Origin: a virus
Lineage: Duplodnaviria; Caudoviricetes
IMG/VR virus record: IMGVR_UViG_3300040985_000661
Coordinates: 1-38,966 of that record
DNA length: 38,966 nucleotides
Direction: 5' to 3' (one strand)
Under the pieces are notes generated by a model. That model worked only from the letters and a program-made list of their open reading frames with translations, searched no databases and was not told the DNA's origin. Positions 27,750 to 36,802 of the stretch are shown here, one piece after another; within the stretch, counting starts at the first letter, position 1; each line of letters opens with the position of its first letter. Both the position numbers and the translations under genes were made by a program.

Positions 27750-28085
27750 TTACGAATGTGTTAGTATTGCGTTGATCCTTTTCCGTACATACTCTATCTC
27801 TTTAGACTCAAGCACCTTGAAGGCAAACCCCCTAAGGTACGATGGGTCTATACCTGCATTCTCACATACAGTTTGAAAGTCATGTGCTGTTACCCCTACA
27901 CTGGCAAAGAACCATGCCTTCGCCCTGTCCCTGTCATGCTCAGACATCTCAGGCTCCCCTGTGTATGCAGGTTTAGTCGCATCCAATAGGGCTTGAAGGA
28001 TAACAGCAAGGTAGAGTGTCCTGTCAACTGAGTTACCACGTGAGATATCAATTTCAAGGAACGTACTTATTTCAGTCTTTTTCAT
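27750..28085 (-). CDS. Conserved hypothetical phage protein
   Basis: LYLAVILQALLDA...AKAWFF...DFQTVCENAGIDP pattern. Confidence 0.7.
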   Translation of the reverse strand: MKKTEISTFLEIDISRGNSVDRTLYLAVILQALLDATKPAYTGEPEMSEHDRDRAKAWFFASVGVTAHDFQTVCENAGIDPSYLRGFAFKVLESKEIEYVRKRINAILTHS

Positions 28086-28525
28086 TTTACCTTCTGACGC
28101 TTTATTAGTTTTGGGGCATGGCCCATTGAGGGTATGTACCTGATAGCACCTATCTGTGCATTATAATACACACGATGATCTGTCTGGTCAAAGTATTTAA
28201 CAAGGACATCCTCCTTGTGTTGGATGTTGGACTCGCAGTAGACCAGCCATCCCCTTGAAGGACAGTCCTGTATCATTTCAAATTTGAAATTGTGTATGCC
28301 GTCAGATTTAATATCGGAGTTCAATGAAGAAGATGAAGATGTGTAGGTCCTCCAATCGGACTCCTTCCACTGCTTCCGCTTCTTGTACATATGGTACTGT
28401 TTCTTTCCAATATACATCCTCCCTGTTAGGAGGTTGGTTATTCGATACACAAACCCGAACATCTTATTAGGTCGTGGGACATACGTGCTTTCCCAGTGTC
28501 CGTTCTTGTGTATCTTCTTAGGCAT
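28082..28525 (-). CDS. GIY-YIG family endonuclease
   Basis: GFVYRITNLLTGRMYIGKK, WRTYTSSS, a conserved Glu helix and YYN. Confidence 0.8.
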   Translation of the reverse strand: MPKKIHKNGHWESTYVPRPNKMFGFVYRITNLLTGRMYIGKKQYHMYKKRKQWKESDWRTYTSSSSSLNSDIKSDGIHNFKFEMIQDCPSRGWLVYCESNIQHKEDVLVKYFDQTDHRVYYNAQIGAIRYIPSMGHAPKLIKRQKVK

Positions 28526-29016
28526 CAGATGATCTCCCCAATAGGCTTGAGGATACTGATAGGGACAGAGTAACAGGATGCTCTAAAGACAAAACCATTA
28601 GACGCATCCTTATCCCCCTTCTCATAGTAGGTGGCTGACTTAAAGAAGTCATCCTTAGAGAGGTAGCCCAACACCCACCCCTTGTCCATCTGATTATGGA
28701 TACGGGCAAAGGCGTAGTGATCACACTTCTGTGTGGCGTTGGTCTTAGACACAGAGCATTCATAGTGAGGGAGAGGGGGGACTGATGTTGCTTTAGTCTT
28801 CACATCTATAGTCTCCCCATTAGCCAACACTAAGTCGTACTCGTATGTGTTCTCATGTTTAGTATCCGTAGGTAGGAGGGCTTTAGTTATCTCCTCACCT
28901 AAGAACCCGTAGATGTTACCGGCACCACCACGTATAGAGTTACGTAGCTTACCCATCTCTGCTGCTGCATTACGGGAGCGGATGAGCATATCATCTGCGA
29001 CTGCTACTTCAATCAT
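28525..29016 (-). CDS. Putative PD-(D/E)XK nuclease-fold protein
   Basis: GFLGEE helix and YDLV...IDVKTK motif. Confidence 0.6.
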   Translation of the reverse strand: MIEVAVADDMLIRSRNAAAEMGKLRNSIRGGAGNIYGFLGEEITKALLPTDTKHENTYEYDLVLANGETIDVKTKATSVPPLPHYECSVSKTNATQKCDHYAFARIHNQMDKGWVLGYLSKDDFFKSATYYEKGDKDASNGFVFRASCYSVPISILKPIGEII

Positions 29017-29180
29017 GATTCTAACCTTCCCATCAATTTCTTAGCCCCTTTAGTATTATTTGTACGGAGGTAACGCTCCACCCTTTTAACAAGGTGCTTA
29101 CGTTCCTTATCCTCCCTTTTAAGGGCTTGTTCAGGGGTGATAACAGCCCGTACTTTGTTTACTTTGTTTGGGTAGGTCAT
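29013..29180 (-). CDS. Small basic hypothetical protein (55 aa)
   Basis: MTYPNKVNKVRAVITPEQ...LMGRLES*; ATGA overlaps at both ends. Confidence 0.55.
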   Translation of the reverse strand: MTYPNKVNKVRAVITPEQALKREDKERKHLVKRVERYLRTNNTKGAKKLMGRLES

Positions 29181-30019
29181 AGGATTTCTTCCACCTTTGG
29201 TTCCTTCATAACTTGGGTGAAGTGTCTTGGTCCTTTCGCATACTGAAAGGTGCGCAGTCCTCCACCATTATTACTATCGCTCCAGCAATGAAGATTAAAG
29301 GAACAGTACACACAACCAACAGCAAGAGTCCTGTTACCAGAAGCCCCATCGGGAACATCATCATAGCAACGAGGAGGCGTTGAGGTAAGGTCTTGAACCA
29401 TCTTTTGATGTTCCACTTTTGTTTTTGCATTTATCATCTCCATCTCATGTATGGGTAGTAAGGCCATCTCTGCGTTTACTTTTTGGAAGGCGAGGAAGTA
29501 AGCTTCCTTATCCCCTTCCGCTTCAGCGTATGCTGAGATTTGAGGGATGTACCCAAAGGCATCGTCCTCTGTAAGCTTTGCTTCTCTAAACTTTCTGAAA
29601 CCAAAAGGGGATGCGGTCTTAGCATCAACAAGTTTACCGTCAATCCTTGCATCAATGTGTCCTTTAACCCCATCAATTTCAACTTCCTTCTGTTCATCCT
29701 CAACTGTATGACCTGCTAACTTAGCAGACCAAAAGAGGACTTCTTCCATAATATCTCCTATTAAAAATTGTAGACGTAAACGTCCGTCGATCTCCGTACC
29801 CTTGTCATCTTCATTAAGTTGATACCAAAGCTTACGGTCTGGTGTACCTAATCCAGATAGGCGTAGCCCCCTCTTACCACTACGATCCTCTGACATCCTA
29901 TCAGATATGATAGTGGCAAGAGCATCGGCCAACCCCTTAGTAATTTCGGGGGTGACCACAGTATCAGGTGCTTCCCATATGGCGTATATATCTTCGATCA
30001 ATGTGTTGATTGATTTCAT
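29177..30019 (-). CDS. PD-(D/E)XK / Cas4-like exonuclease
   Basis: LRLSGLG..RKLWY, GDIMEE, GHIDARIDGKLVDAKT, QISAY and CVYC...C motifs. Confidence 0.8.
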   Translation of the reverse strand: MKSINTLIEDIYAIWEAPDTVVTPEITKGLADALATIISDRMSEDRSGKRGLRLSGLGTPDRKLWYQLNEDDKGTEIDGRLRLQFLIGDIMEEVLFWSAKLAGHTVEDEQKEVEIDGVKGHIDARIDGKLVDAKTASPFGFRKFREAKLTEDDAFGYIPQISAYAEAEGDKEAYFLAFQKVNAEMALLPIHEMEMINAKTKVEHQKMVQDLTSTPPRCYDDVPDGASGNRTLAVGCVYCSFNLHCWSDSNNGGGLRTFQYAKGPRHFTQVMKEPKVEEIL

Positions 30020-30180
30020 TTAAAAGTCTCCTTAAATGCACGATAGACTACCGTCCAAATCCAGATAGGCCATAAGAAAACTCCACTCCCTATCTTATGT
30101 CTATCATTAACCCAATAACCGAGTAGGGCAAACAGGGCAGTGATGATAGCATACCCTAACAACATCCATTCCCAAAACAT
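30016..30180 (-). CDS. Small membrane protein (54 aa)
   Basis: MFWEWMLLGYAIITALFALLGYW...FLWPIWIWTVVYRAFKETFK*; AAGGA RBS; ATGA overlap with the exonuclease. Confidence 0.55.
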   Translation of the reverse strand: MFWEWMLLGYAIITALFALLGYWVNDRHKIGSGVFLWPIWIWTVVYRAFKETFK

Positions 30181-30197
30181 TTCAAAATCCTTAGACT

Positions 30198-30233
30198 AAA
30201 ATGGGGTATGGCGAAAGGAGAAACCATACCCCA
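30198..30233 (-). terminator. Rho-independent terminator downstream of SSB
   Basis: Perfect 10-bp stem TGGGGTATGG/CCATACCCCA with a 12-nt loop, followed by TTTT on the minus strand. Confidence 0.65.
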
Positions 30234-30268
30234 CTTAGGTTGACCAGTTAACTGTTTAGGCTATTCAG

Positions 30269-30739
30269 TTAACCAGCTTGGGTCAGCGGGAGATCATCAA
30301 AGTCATCCGCTGCGGGTGCATCAAGGGCTTCAAAGTCTTCGAAGTCCCCTTCCTTACTTGCGTAAGGGATATGGTTGACAACTTGTACAGCCATCAAGTC
30401 CCCGCTGGTCCCCTTACCAAAGGAGTTATCATACTCCCATGTACGGAACTTAACGTTAACTTCAGAGCCGTTACCAACCAACTCAGTGAACGGGTTCTTA
30501 CCACGATCCTTTACATCGGGCTGCATGTTAGGTGTACCATCCTTACGAAGGGTACGGCGGGAGAGGGATACGAAATCCCCACGGTCATCACCTTTGTTCT
30601 TAACCCGAAGGCCAGTATCCTCAACAATGGATTTCATTTCAGCGGTGAGGTTACAAACGTCGATCTGCCATTTAGGATCGAAGGTGGTGTTCGGCTGTTG
30701 GAGTGCGGCCCAGTAGGCGTTACCATTAATAATAGGCAT
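30269..30739 (-). CDS. ssb: Single-stranded DNA-binding protein (T7 gp2.5 / DUF2815-like)
   Basis: GNAYWA...PNTTF, LVGNGSEVNV, LMAVQVVN and an acidic C-terminal tail (DFEDFE...DDFDD); TAAGGAG RBS before the ATG at 30739. Confidence 0.8.
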   Translation of the reverse strand: MPIINGNAYWAALQQPNTTFDPKWQIDVCNLTAEMKSIVEDTGLRVKNKGDDRGDFVSLSRRTLRKDGTPNMQPDVKDRGKNPFTELVGNGSEVNVKFRTWEYDNSFGKGTSGDLMAVQVVNHIPYASKEGDFEDFEALDAPAADDFDDLPLTQAG

Positions 30740-30804
30740 AGTGTGTAGTCTCCTTATAGGGTTTATGTTAAAGTAGGGATACTTCATCCCCTTGCATGTC
30801 TTGT

Positions 30805-30832
30805 ATTATACGTGGTTATATCTGTGTGTCAA
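30805..30832 (-). promoter_or_regulatory. Consensus sigma70 promoter
   Basis: Minus strand reads TTGACA-N16-TATAAT, upstream of ssb. Confidence 0.8.
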
Positions 30833-30850
30833 CTCCTTTCTTAAAAGAAT

Positions 30851-31264
30851 TCAAGTTCCTTTTAAATATGTTATAGCTCTATAAAATAAGGGGATTGAAT
30901 CTTGTAAAAGACCTAAACATCTATTACATCTATTACATAATAATCCCCTTACCTTTTTAGTTTTGTGGCAATGATCAACAGCAAAATGTTTGAACCCTTT
31001 ATTTTCTGTTACCCCACAAATAGCACAACTATTATTTTGATTATAGATCATTTGGTTATAATCATGTTGTTCTATGCCATATTTGTGTCTCCAGTTCCTA
31101 TGTCTAGCGGAAGCAGATGCATCCTCTGGATTTTCTTTCCTCCATTTTTTTCTAGCTAAATCATCACAAGATTTACAGCGATATGCCTTCCCATCTTTAG
31201 ATGCTTTGTAATTATAGAAAGACTTTAACGGTTTCTCTATCTTACATACAGTACATGTTTTCAT
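30851..31264 (-). CDS. Free-standing endonuclease VII-like HNH (putative homing endonuclease)
   Basis: CTVC...CKSC N-terminal Zn module; KYGI, CAICG, AVDHCH and VRGLLCNRCN; visibly more AT-rich than its flanks. Confidence 0.85.
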   Translation of the reverse strand: MKTCTVCKIEKPLKSFYNYKASKDGKAYRCKSCDDLARKKWRKENPEDASASARHRNWRHKYGIEQHDYNQMIYNQNNSCAICGVTENKGFKHFAVDHCHKTKKVRGLLCNRCNRCLGLLQDSIPLFYRAITYLKGT

Positions 31265-31289
31265 AATGTGTAAGTTTAACACAAACACA

Positions 31290-33017
31290 TTAATGAGTGC
31301 AAGCCCAATTATTTCCAATCTTATATCCAGCGTCAAGTGGGCATTTGACTCCTAAGATTTTCTCTGCGTCTTTGATAGCAAGACGGGTGATCTCACCCAA
31401 TGCTTCTGCATCTTCCTCACATACATCGAATTGATATTCATCATGGATGGAGGCAACAAGTAATACATCTAAGTCAGCAGCATGGACCCGCTTCATTATC
31501 TGTACCAACCACACCTTACATACTATAGCCCCCATTGCCTGAAGCAATGTATTGAGGGCGGCATGTTGATGTCTTATCTTTAACAACCTACCATCCAAAC
31601 CTTTTATGTATGGGTGGATAGCTGCCTTCTTAACTTTGGCACGTAGCTTTGCTAGTCCGGGGATGGATGCTTCAAAAGAAAGGATAGCTTCCTTTGCTTT
31701 CTTACTAGAGAATCCTAATATAGCTGCAATCTTCTTAACCCCAGCACCATAGAGGAAGGCATAGATGAATGTCTTAGCCACCTCTCTGTCTGTAATGCCT
31801 AAAGCATTCATGTTAGCTGTATGCACATCCCCATCCACGACGATGGATATGTAGTCTTGATCGCCAACGTAGTGTGCAAAGCATCTGAGTTCCAGACCGG
31901 AGGCATCAGCACCTAACAGTACCCTGTTACCCCGTGGTTTCCATAAGGCCCTCATCTCCTTACCATAAGGGGAGTACACCGCCACTGCTTGTGCAACGTT
32001 AGGTGAGTGATGTGCCATTCGTGTTGTGACAGCACCGATTGTGATCACCTTCCCATGTATGCAACCAGTGTCGTGGTTGTATGCGTTGATCCAGTTATCC
32101 AACTGGCCTATTCGCTTCTCTAGCATGAGGTAACGATAGATCAACTTAGCCTCTGGAAAGTTCACACCTTCAAGGACAGACTCATCAATGGTTGGTTGGC
32201 CTGTGTCAGTAAACTGTTTAGGCTTCCACCCTTTACGTATGAGTTGCTTACCTATCTGTTGGCGTGAGCCAACGTTGAACTCAACGAACTCTACTAAAGA
32301 GAATGGGCCTGATACATTAGTCCACCCATCCCCTAACTTAGCTAATCCTACCTTGGACATGGCACCATCATTTTTATATTTAGGTGTCACATGTCTGAGT
32401 AGGTTACTCATAGGCAGCATCGTCTGTCGGATCGTTTCTTCTACCTTGTATTTTTCCTCATTCAAATGGGCAACAAGGATGGTAGCATTTTGTATATCAA
32501 AGGCAAAGCCATTACGTTCCTGTTGGGATACGATAGCCCTGACCTGTGTTTCTAATCGTATGCTTTCGGGTGAGAAATTGGATAAGGCTTTCTGTAAATA
32601 CCTATAGACCTTACCTGTTATGTCTACATCCCTTTCACAATATGTAACCATCTCCTCAGAGAACCATTCGTAGTCATTGAACTCTATCTTAGGATACTTA
32701 AAGCGTCCTCCCCATGCTTCTAAAGAGTGACCCCCTTTCATATCTGGCTCTGCCAGTTGGGACATGAGCATCGTGTCATATACCTGTGAAGGTTTTATCT
32801 CTGTACCTAACAGGTCATTACATACAGGGGCATCGAATGATAACCCGTTGTGCATAACGAACTTAACATCACCTGATACATCAGAGGGGAAGTTGGTGTA
32901 ACATTCTTGTTGTCTGTACTTAACCTTCTGTTGAGTCACCGCATCCTTTGTCACGATGCAGTGTACCTTAGAAGGTGTCAGGCTCTCAGTTTCTACATCA
33001 GTGATTAAGGTTTTCAT
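31290..33017 (-). CDS. polA: DNA polymerase family A (T7-like) with 3'-5' exonuclease
   Basis: DVET, HNGLSFD and YCERD (ExoI-III); DASGLELR (motif A), AKTFIYAFLYG (motif B, Tyr at the 762-equivalent position), IHDEYQ (motif C). Confidence 0.95.
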   Translation of the reverse strand: MKTLITDVETESLTPSKVHCIVTKDAVTQQKVKYRQQECYTNFPSDVSGDVKFVMHNGLSFDAPVCNDLLGTEIKPSQVYDTMLMSQLAEPDMKGGHSLEAWGGRFKYPKIEFNDYEWFSEEMVTYCERDVDITGKVYRYLQKALSNFSPESIRLETQVRAIVSQQERNGFAFDIQNATILVAHLNEEKYKVEETIRQTMLPMSNLLRHVTPKYKNDGAMSKVGLAKLGDGWTNVSGPFSLVEFVEFNVGSRQQIGKQLIRKGWKPKQFTDTGQPTIDESVLEGVNFPEAKLIYRYLMLEKRIGQLDNWINAYNHDTGCIHGKVITIGAVTTRMAHHSPNVAQAVAVYSPYGKEMRALWKPRGNRVLLGADASGLELRCFAHYVGDQDYISIVVDGDVHTANMNALGITDREVAKTFIYAFLYGAGVKKIAAILGFSSKKAKEAILSFEASIPGLAKLRAKVKKAAIHPYIKGLDGRLLKIRHQHAALNTLLQAMGAIVCKVWLVQIMKRVHAADLDVLLVASIHDEYQFDVCEEDAEALGEITRLAIKDAEKILGVKCPLDAGYKIGNNWACTH

Positions 33018-33023
33018 CTTACG

Positions 33024-34694
33024 TTATACCTCTCCGAATGCTTGGGCCGGTGGGTAGGTGTCAAAGTTATCCTGCCTAACGGAAGGACCTTCAACCTCCT
33101 CCAACCTACCAGTTTCCTTATGGAAGTACAGGTGGGTAGCTATACCATTCTCACCAGCATACCTGTTCTTCAAGACACGGCACACAGTGGTGTTGGCATC
33201 AACATCATCATCAGCTTGTTGGTCACGTTCAAGGGCAATGACAATATCAGATAGTTGGGCGATTGATTGGGAGCCACGTAAGTGTCCTAATGAAATCTCC
33301 TTACCATCCTCTGCCCCCTTATCTGATGATGTCCTACGTAAGTGGGACACTAACATCAAGGAACAATTAGTTTCCTCAACGATGGAGCGTAGCTTAGTCA
33401 TCAGTATATCAATGGACCTACGTTCATCAGTACCTTCCTGACCTGACACAAGTATCGAAAGGTGGTCAAGGAAAATCCATTTACAATCCAATGCCTTCAC
33501 CATGTACCTGACCCTGTTGAGGATTTCATCATTCTCTAATGAGCCAAAGTGATCGAAGGCATAGAACCTACCAGTCCCTAACGTCTGAGCCTCAAATACT
33601 TTGAGTTGCTCCCTTGTGTACTCAGACCTACGTTCCCTCAGGTACAGCCTATCACTGGCAGGGACAGACATAAGGTGGAAGCATGTCTGCTTAACGTTCT
33701 CCTCAAGGGCAATCACCCCAATGTTATCCTTAGTGTTCTGTAGGATATGGTACATCAACTCCCTTAGGATAGACGACTTACCAGTTCCAGTACCGGCGGT
33801 AAGAGTGACAAGTTCCCCTGTGCGAATACCATAGAGCTTATCATTAAGTCCCACCCACGGATATAGGCAAGTCTCAGCATCTCCGTCATCATATAGATCA
33901 TCTCCGACATCTCCTAAGTTAATGATACCGGCTGGTGTATACACTTCTGCACCCCACCATGCCCTCATAAATGCTTCGAACTTGCCATCACGAAGGTAAT
34001 CATTAGCATCTTTGTAATCCATCTTCATCACCCGAACCTTCTTAGGTTCAAACAACGCTGCAACTTTCTTAGCTGCATCCCCCGCCTCATCCATGTCAAA
34101 GGATAGGACAACGAACTCAAACGAATCAATGTATTCAAAGTTAGCCTTGAAATCTTTCATCGCACTAGAGGATGACTTGATTGAAATAGCAGGGTACTTA
34201 GACCCCATCAGTTCGTATGCTGCCATCGCATCACACTCACCTTCCGTCACTGTGATATATTTACCACCAGCAGGGAACACGTTTGTCCCAAACATCTGAG
34301 CGTTGTTCATCTGTCCAGTGGAATAGAACTCCTTACCTTTTACATCACGTACTTTAGTGGCAATTTTCTCTGACCCTTTATAGTAAGGGTACTCATGGTG
34401 TAGTACATCAACACCTGCTGTATTGACACGTACACCAAACTTAACAGCCGTGGCCTCAGAGATACGTCTGTCTGACAAGGGTCCTTTCTTCCAATCCTTT
34501 TCAGGATGAGTCTGTACATACTGCCCTGCTAATGCTGTTATATTATGAGCATCCCCCATCCTCATATCTGGGGGGAAGTATGTCTGACAGTCACCCCCAA
34601 AACAAAAGGAGTGACCATCATCATATAGAACTTTGTTATCCACTGAGCCACATTTCTCACATGCCCCTTTGGAAATCATCTTTGCATCAGTCAT
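33024..34694 (-). CDS. Primase-helicase (T7 gp4-like)
   Basis: CEKC...C...C Zn ribbon, TEGECDA and FDMDEAG TOPRIM motifs, AGTGTGKS Walker A, FLDHLS, LRGSQSIAQLSD and LKNRYAG. Confidence 0.95.
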   Translation of the reverse strand: MTDAKMISKGACEKCGSVDNKVLYDDGHSFCFGGDCQTYFPPDMRMGDAHNITALAGQYVQTHPEKDWKKGPLSDRRISEATAVKFGVRVNTAGVDVLHHEYPYYKGSEKIATKVRDVKGKEFYSTGQMNNAQMFGTNVFPAGGKYITVTEGECDAMAAYELMGSKYPAISIKSSSSAMKDFKANFEYIDSFEFVVLSFDMDEAGDAAKKVAALFEPKKVRVMKMDYKDANDYLRDGKFEAFMRAWWGAEVYTPAGIINLGDVGDDLYDDGDAETCLYPWVGLNDKLYGIRTGELVTLTAGTGTGKSSILRELMYHILQNTKDNIGVIALEENVKQTCFHLMSVPASDRLYLRERRSEYTREQLKVFEAQTLGTGRFYAFDHFGSLENDEILNRVRYMVKALDCKWIFLDHLSILVSGQEGTDERRSIDILMTKLRSIVEETNCSLMLVSHLRRTSSDKGAEDGKEISLGHLRGSQSIAQLSDIVIALERDQQADDDVDANTTVCRVLKNRYAGENGIATHLYFHKETGRLEEVEGPSVRQDNFDTYPPAQAFGEV

Positions 34695-34695
34695 A

Positions 34696-34989
34696 TTAGT
34701 TTCCTTTAGCAACAGGTTCCTCAACTACTGTATCAGTAGCACCATGTAGCTTAAGATACATAGCTTGCTTACGTGCATCTTTAATGTTGTTGTCAATATA
34801 GGCTTCCTCATCTTCGATGCCACAGATATCCTTCAGGATATAGTGACGGGCAAAACGTGCAGCGTTGGAACCAAACTCCTCACGGAGTTGATCTACTACT
34901 TCCTGCATTGACCACGCACCATGTAAGGCTTTACCTTCAGCCATAATCTCAGCAATTCGTTCAATGTAATCGTCATCGGCACTCATCAT
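34696..34989 (-). CDS. Hypothetical protein
   Basis: 97-aa ORF with AGGAG RBS. Confidence 0.65.
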   Translation of the reverse strand: MMSADDDYIERIAEIMAEGKALHGAWSMQEVVDQLREEFGSNAARFARHYILKDICGIEDEEAYIDNNIKDARKQAMYLKLHGATDTVVEEPVAKGN

Positions 34990-35008
34990 TTCAATCTCCT
35001 ATTCAAGA

Positions 35009-35047
35009 GTAACATCTACTATTCAACTGCGTTGATAGTAGTGTTAC
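35009..35047. other. Intergenic long imperfect hairpin
   Basis: GTAACA-t-CTACTA-t-TCAAC-tgc-GTTGA-TAGTAG-TGTTAC: 17 paired positions with two single-base bulges. Confidence 0.8.
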
Positions 35048-35056
35048 ACTATGGGT

Positions 35057-35269
35057 TTAATCACGTTTAATCTTATCCCAAAGGGATGCCTTCAGTCTTA
35101 CCCCTCCATGTATAGGGGGATAATATATATGAGCCCACTTCCTTCCTTCCTTTACAAAGACGGTACGCCATCCTGATCCAATACGAGGGGCTTCATCATA
35201 GAAGTACACCCTATAAAAAGACCCCCCTTTATATCTCAAAGGGAGGTCTGTAAGTTTATCTGTGTTCAT
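35057..35269 (-). CDS. Hypothetical protein
   Basis: 70-aa ORF, aromatic and basic, beta-rich. Confidence 0.6.
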   Translation of the reverse strand: MNTDKLTDLPLRYKGGSFYRVYFYDEAPRIGSGWRTVFVKEGRKWAHIYYPPIHGGVRLKASLWDKIKRD

Positions 35270-35277
35270 TTTATTTC

Positions 35278-35778
35278 CTATAAAAAGATTAAGGCTCCAA
35301 TCACTGCTGCACCTACACCTAGTTCTGTTACCTCAGTTGGTTGTATCCACTTAGGATATAGGTGAGGCCAGCGTTCTCCTATAGGGTAGAGTAGCCCAGC
35401 AAGTGATGTTCCTATGATTATACCTATGACAGGGAGGAAGGTCAATGGGAAAAAGAACTGACCTATACCCATCACTACACAGGTTAAAGGGACGTAACGA
35501 TATACCATCCCCCAATTCTCCCAACCCCCTATGAATTTAGACGGACCCATGTGTAGGTTAAGTCCGGTGATGATAGACATGGCAGCTAACGCAGCTAACT
35601 GTGTCCATCCTACAGGGGTTAAGGCAATGGTGAGGATGATGAAGGCAAGACCAGAACCAACGAACAACATAAAGAGTTTGGTTTCAAACCAATCCTTACC
35701 CCCGTCACCATTCCAATCGCCTTTACCTTTCATCCAACGCCACCCTGCGCCAGCCATTAATGCTAATACTTCAATCAT
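35278..35778 (-). CDS. Multi-pass membrane protein
   Basis: Five or more hydrophobic segments; GGAG RBS. Confidence 0.7.
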   Translation of the reverse strand: MIEVLALMAGAGWRWMKGKGDWNGDGGKDWFETKLFMLFVGSGLAFIILTIALTPVGWTQLAALAAMSIITGLNLHMGPSKFIGGWENWGMVYRYVPLTCVVMGIGQFFFPLTFLPVIGIIIGTSLAGLLYPIGERWPHLYPKWIQPTEVTELGVGAAVIGALIFL

Positions 35779-36041
35779 GTATTATCTCCCCATCTTATGT
35801 TAGGTTGACTTTGTGTATTATATTCAAAACCATCCCAATAGTATCTGATTTGATAATCAGAAGGCCAATTAGTGTTACCAGTTTTAAGGTTGTTAACTTC
35901 TACCTCTAACTTATCTAGTCTACTCTCTGTAGAGTCAGCAGTCAACTCAGCTATGCGTCTATGTGCATTGGCTAATTGTTCTTGTAGATCATACACATTC
36001 TTTTCTAAGATCGCAAGCTCGATATCAAGTTGTTCAGCCAT
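35775..36041 (-). CDS. Coiled-coil hypothetical protein
   Basis: LEKNVYDLQEQLANAHRRIAEL heptads. Confidence 0.65.
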   Translation of the reverse strand: MAEQLDIELAILEKNVYDLQEQLANAHRRIAELTADSTESRLDKLEVEVNNLKTGNTNWPSDYQIRYYWDGFEYNTQSQPNIRWGDNT

Positions 36042-36265
36042 GATGCTTTCCTTTCTGTTAAGGAGTCTAGTAAGGACATGATACAGTTAGCTTCCTGAGC
36101 TAACAACTCTATCTTCTCCTCTAACTCAATACGGACCTCTGCCCTAAAGGAACTAATAGGATGGGTGTCTAAGTATTCCTCCATCTGTTGTCGTTTACTA
36201 ATAATAGATTTCACAAGGTTAGCATAATCATATTGGAGATTAGTAATCTCCACATCATCCGTCAT
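36005..36265 (-). CDS. Hypothetical helical protein
   Basis: AAGGAG RBS; operonic spacing. Confidence 0.6.
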   Translation of the reverse strand: MTDDVEITNLQYDYANLVKSIISKRQQMEEYLDTHPISSFRAEVRIELEEKIELLAQEANCIMSLLDSLTERKASWLNNLISSLRS

Positions 36266-36467
36266 CTTCTTTCTCCTTATAAAACATTTCCATTACCTTA
36301 ATAGCATAGTCAACGTCAGGCACAATAATCTCTATACCTTTAATAAAAACTGAGGCGCGCTTCCTTCTCCTATTCTCCTTTACCTTTATGTTATCTACAT
36401 TCTTCCAATAGAAGAACTCATCATCTAGCTTTTCGAAATGGAGTACAAACTTTCCGTCCAAATCCAT
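36255..36467 (-). CDS. Hypothetical protein
   Basis: GGAGG RBS; operonic spacing. Confidence 0.6.
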   Translation of the reverse strand: MDLDGKFVLHFEKLDDEFFYWKNVDNIKVKENRRRKRASVFIKGIEIIVPDVDYAIKVMEMFYKEKEDDG

Positions 36468-36472
36468 AACGT

Positions 36473-36673
36473 TTAATCCTCCAGTGTTTGATTATCTTCT
36501 GATAGTTCTTCCAAAAGATCAAGGTCCTTTTCGTAATAGGCTTCAAGACTATTAAGGTAATCATTAATTTCATCCATACCCACTTCACCCAAAGGTGAAT
36601 CACATACACCTGTAAGGTACTCTTGCATGATGTAAGGTATCTCTTCAAGGGTTCCATAATTATACTCACTCAT
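36473..36673 (-). CDS. Small acidic hypothetical protein
   Basis: AAGGAGG RBS directly after the tRNA; Asp/Glu-rich. Confidence 0.65.
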   Translation of the reverse strand: MSEYNYGTLEEIPYIMQEYLTGVCDSPLGEVGMDEINDYLNSLEAYYEKDLDLLEELSEDNQTLED

Positions 36674-36690
36674 CTAGTCCTCCTTAGTAG

Positions 36691-36765
36691 TGGAGCGAAC
36701 AGTCAGATTCGAACTGACATCACCAGCTTGGAAGGTTGGGGCGTTACCATTACGCTCATGCTCGC
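36691..36765 (-). tRNA. tRNA-Gly (anticodon TCC) with encoded CCA
   Basis: Minus strand: GCGAGCA TGA GCGT AATGGTA ACGC C CCAAC CTTCCAA GCTGG TGAT GTCAG TTCGAAT CTGAC TGTTCGC TCCA; U73 discriminator as in bacterial tRNA-Gly. Confidence 0.9.
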
Positions 36766-36802
36766 ATTAAGTTTCCGGTTACAATGTTGAATTTGTACCC
36801 GG

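Noticed and set aside
29177-30019. CRISPR-associated Cas4
   Set aside because: It is a solo Cas4-like nuclease within a replication module, with no array or other cas genes.
31290-33017. Intron or intein in polA, nrdJ or the primase-helicase
   Set aside because: All three reading frames are continuous and of normal or compact length; the HNH gene lies outside polA.
36691-36765. tRNA as a prophage attachment site
   Set aside because: No integrase, no duplicated tRNA 3' end, and phage-type genes continue on both sides.
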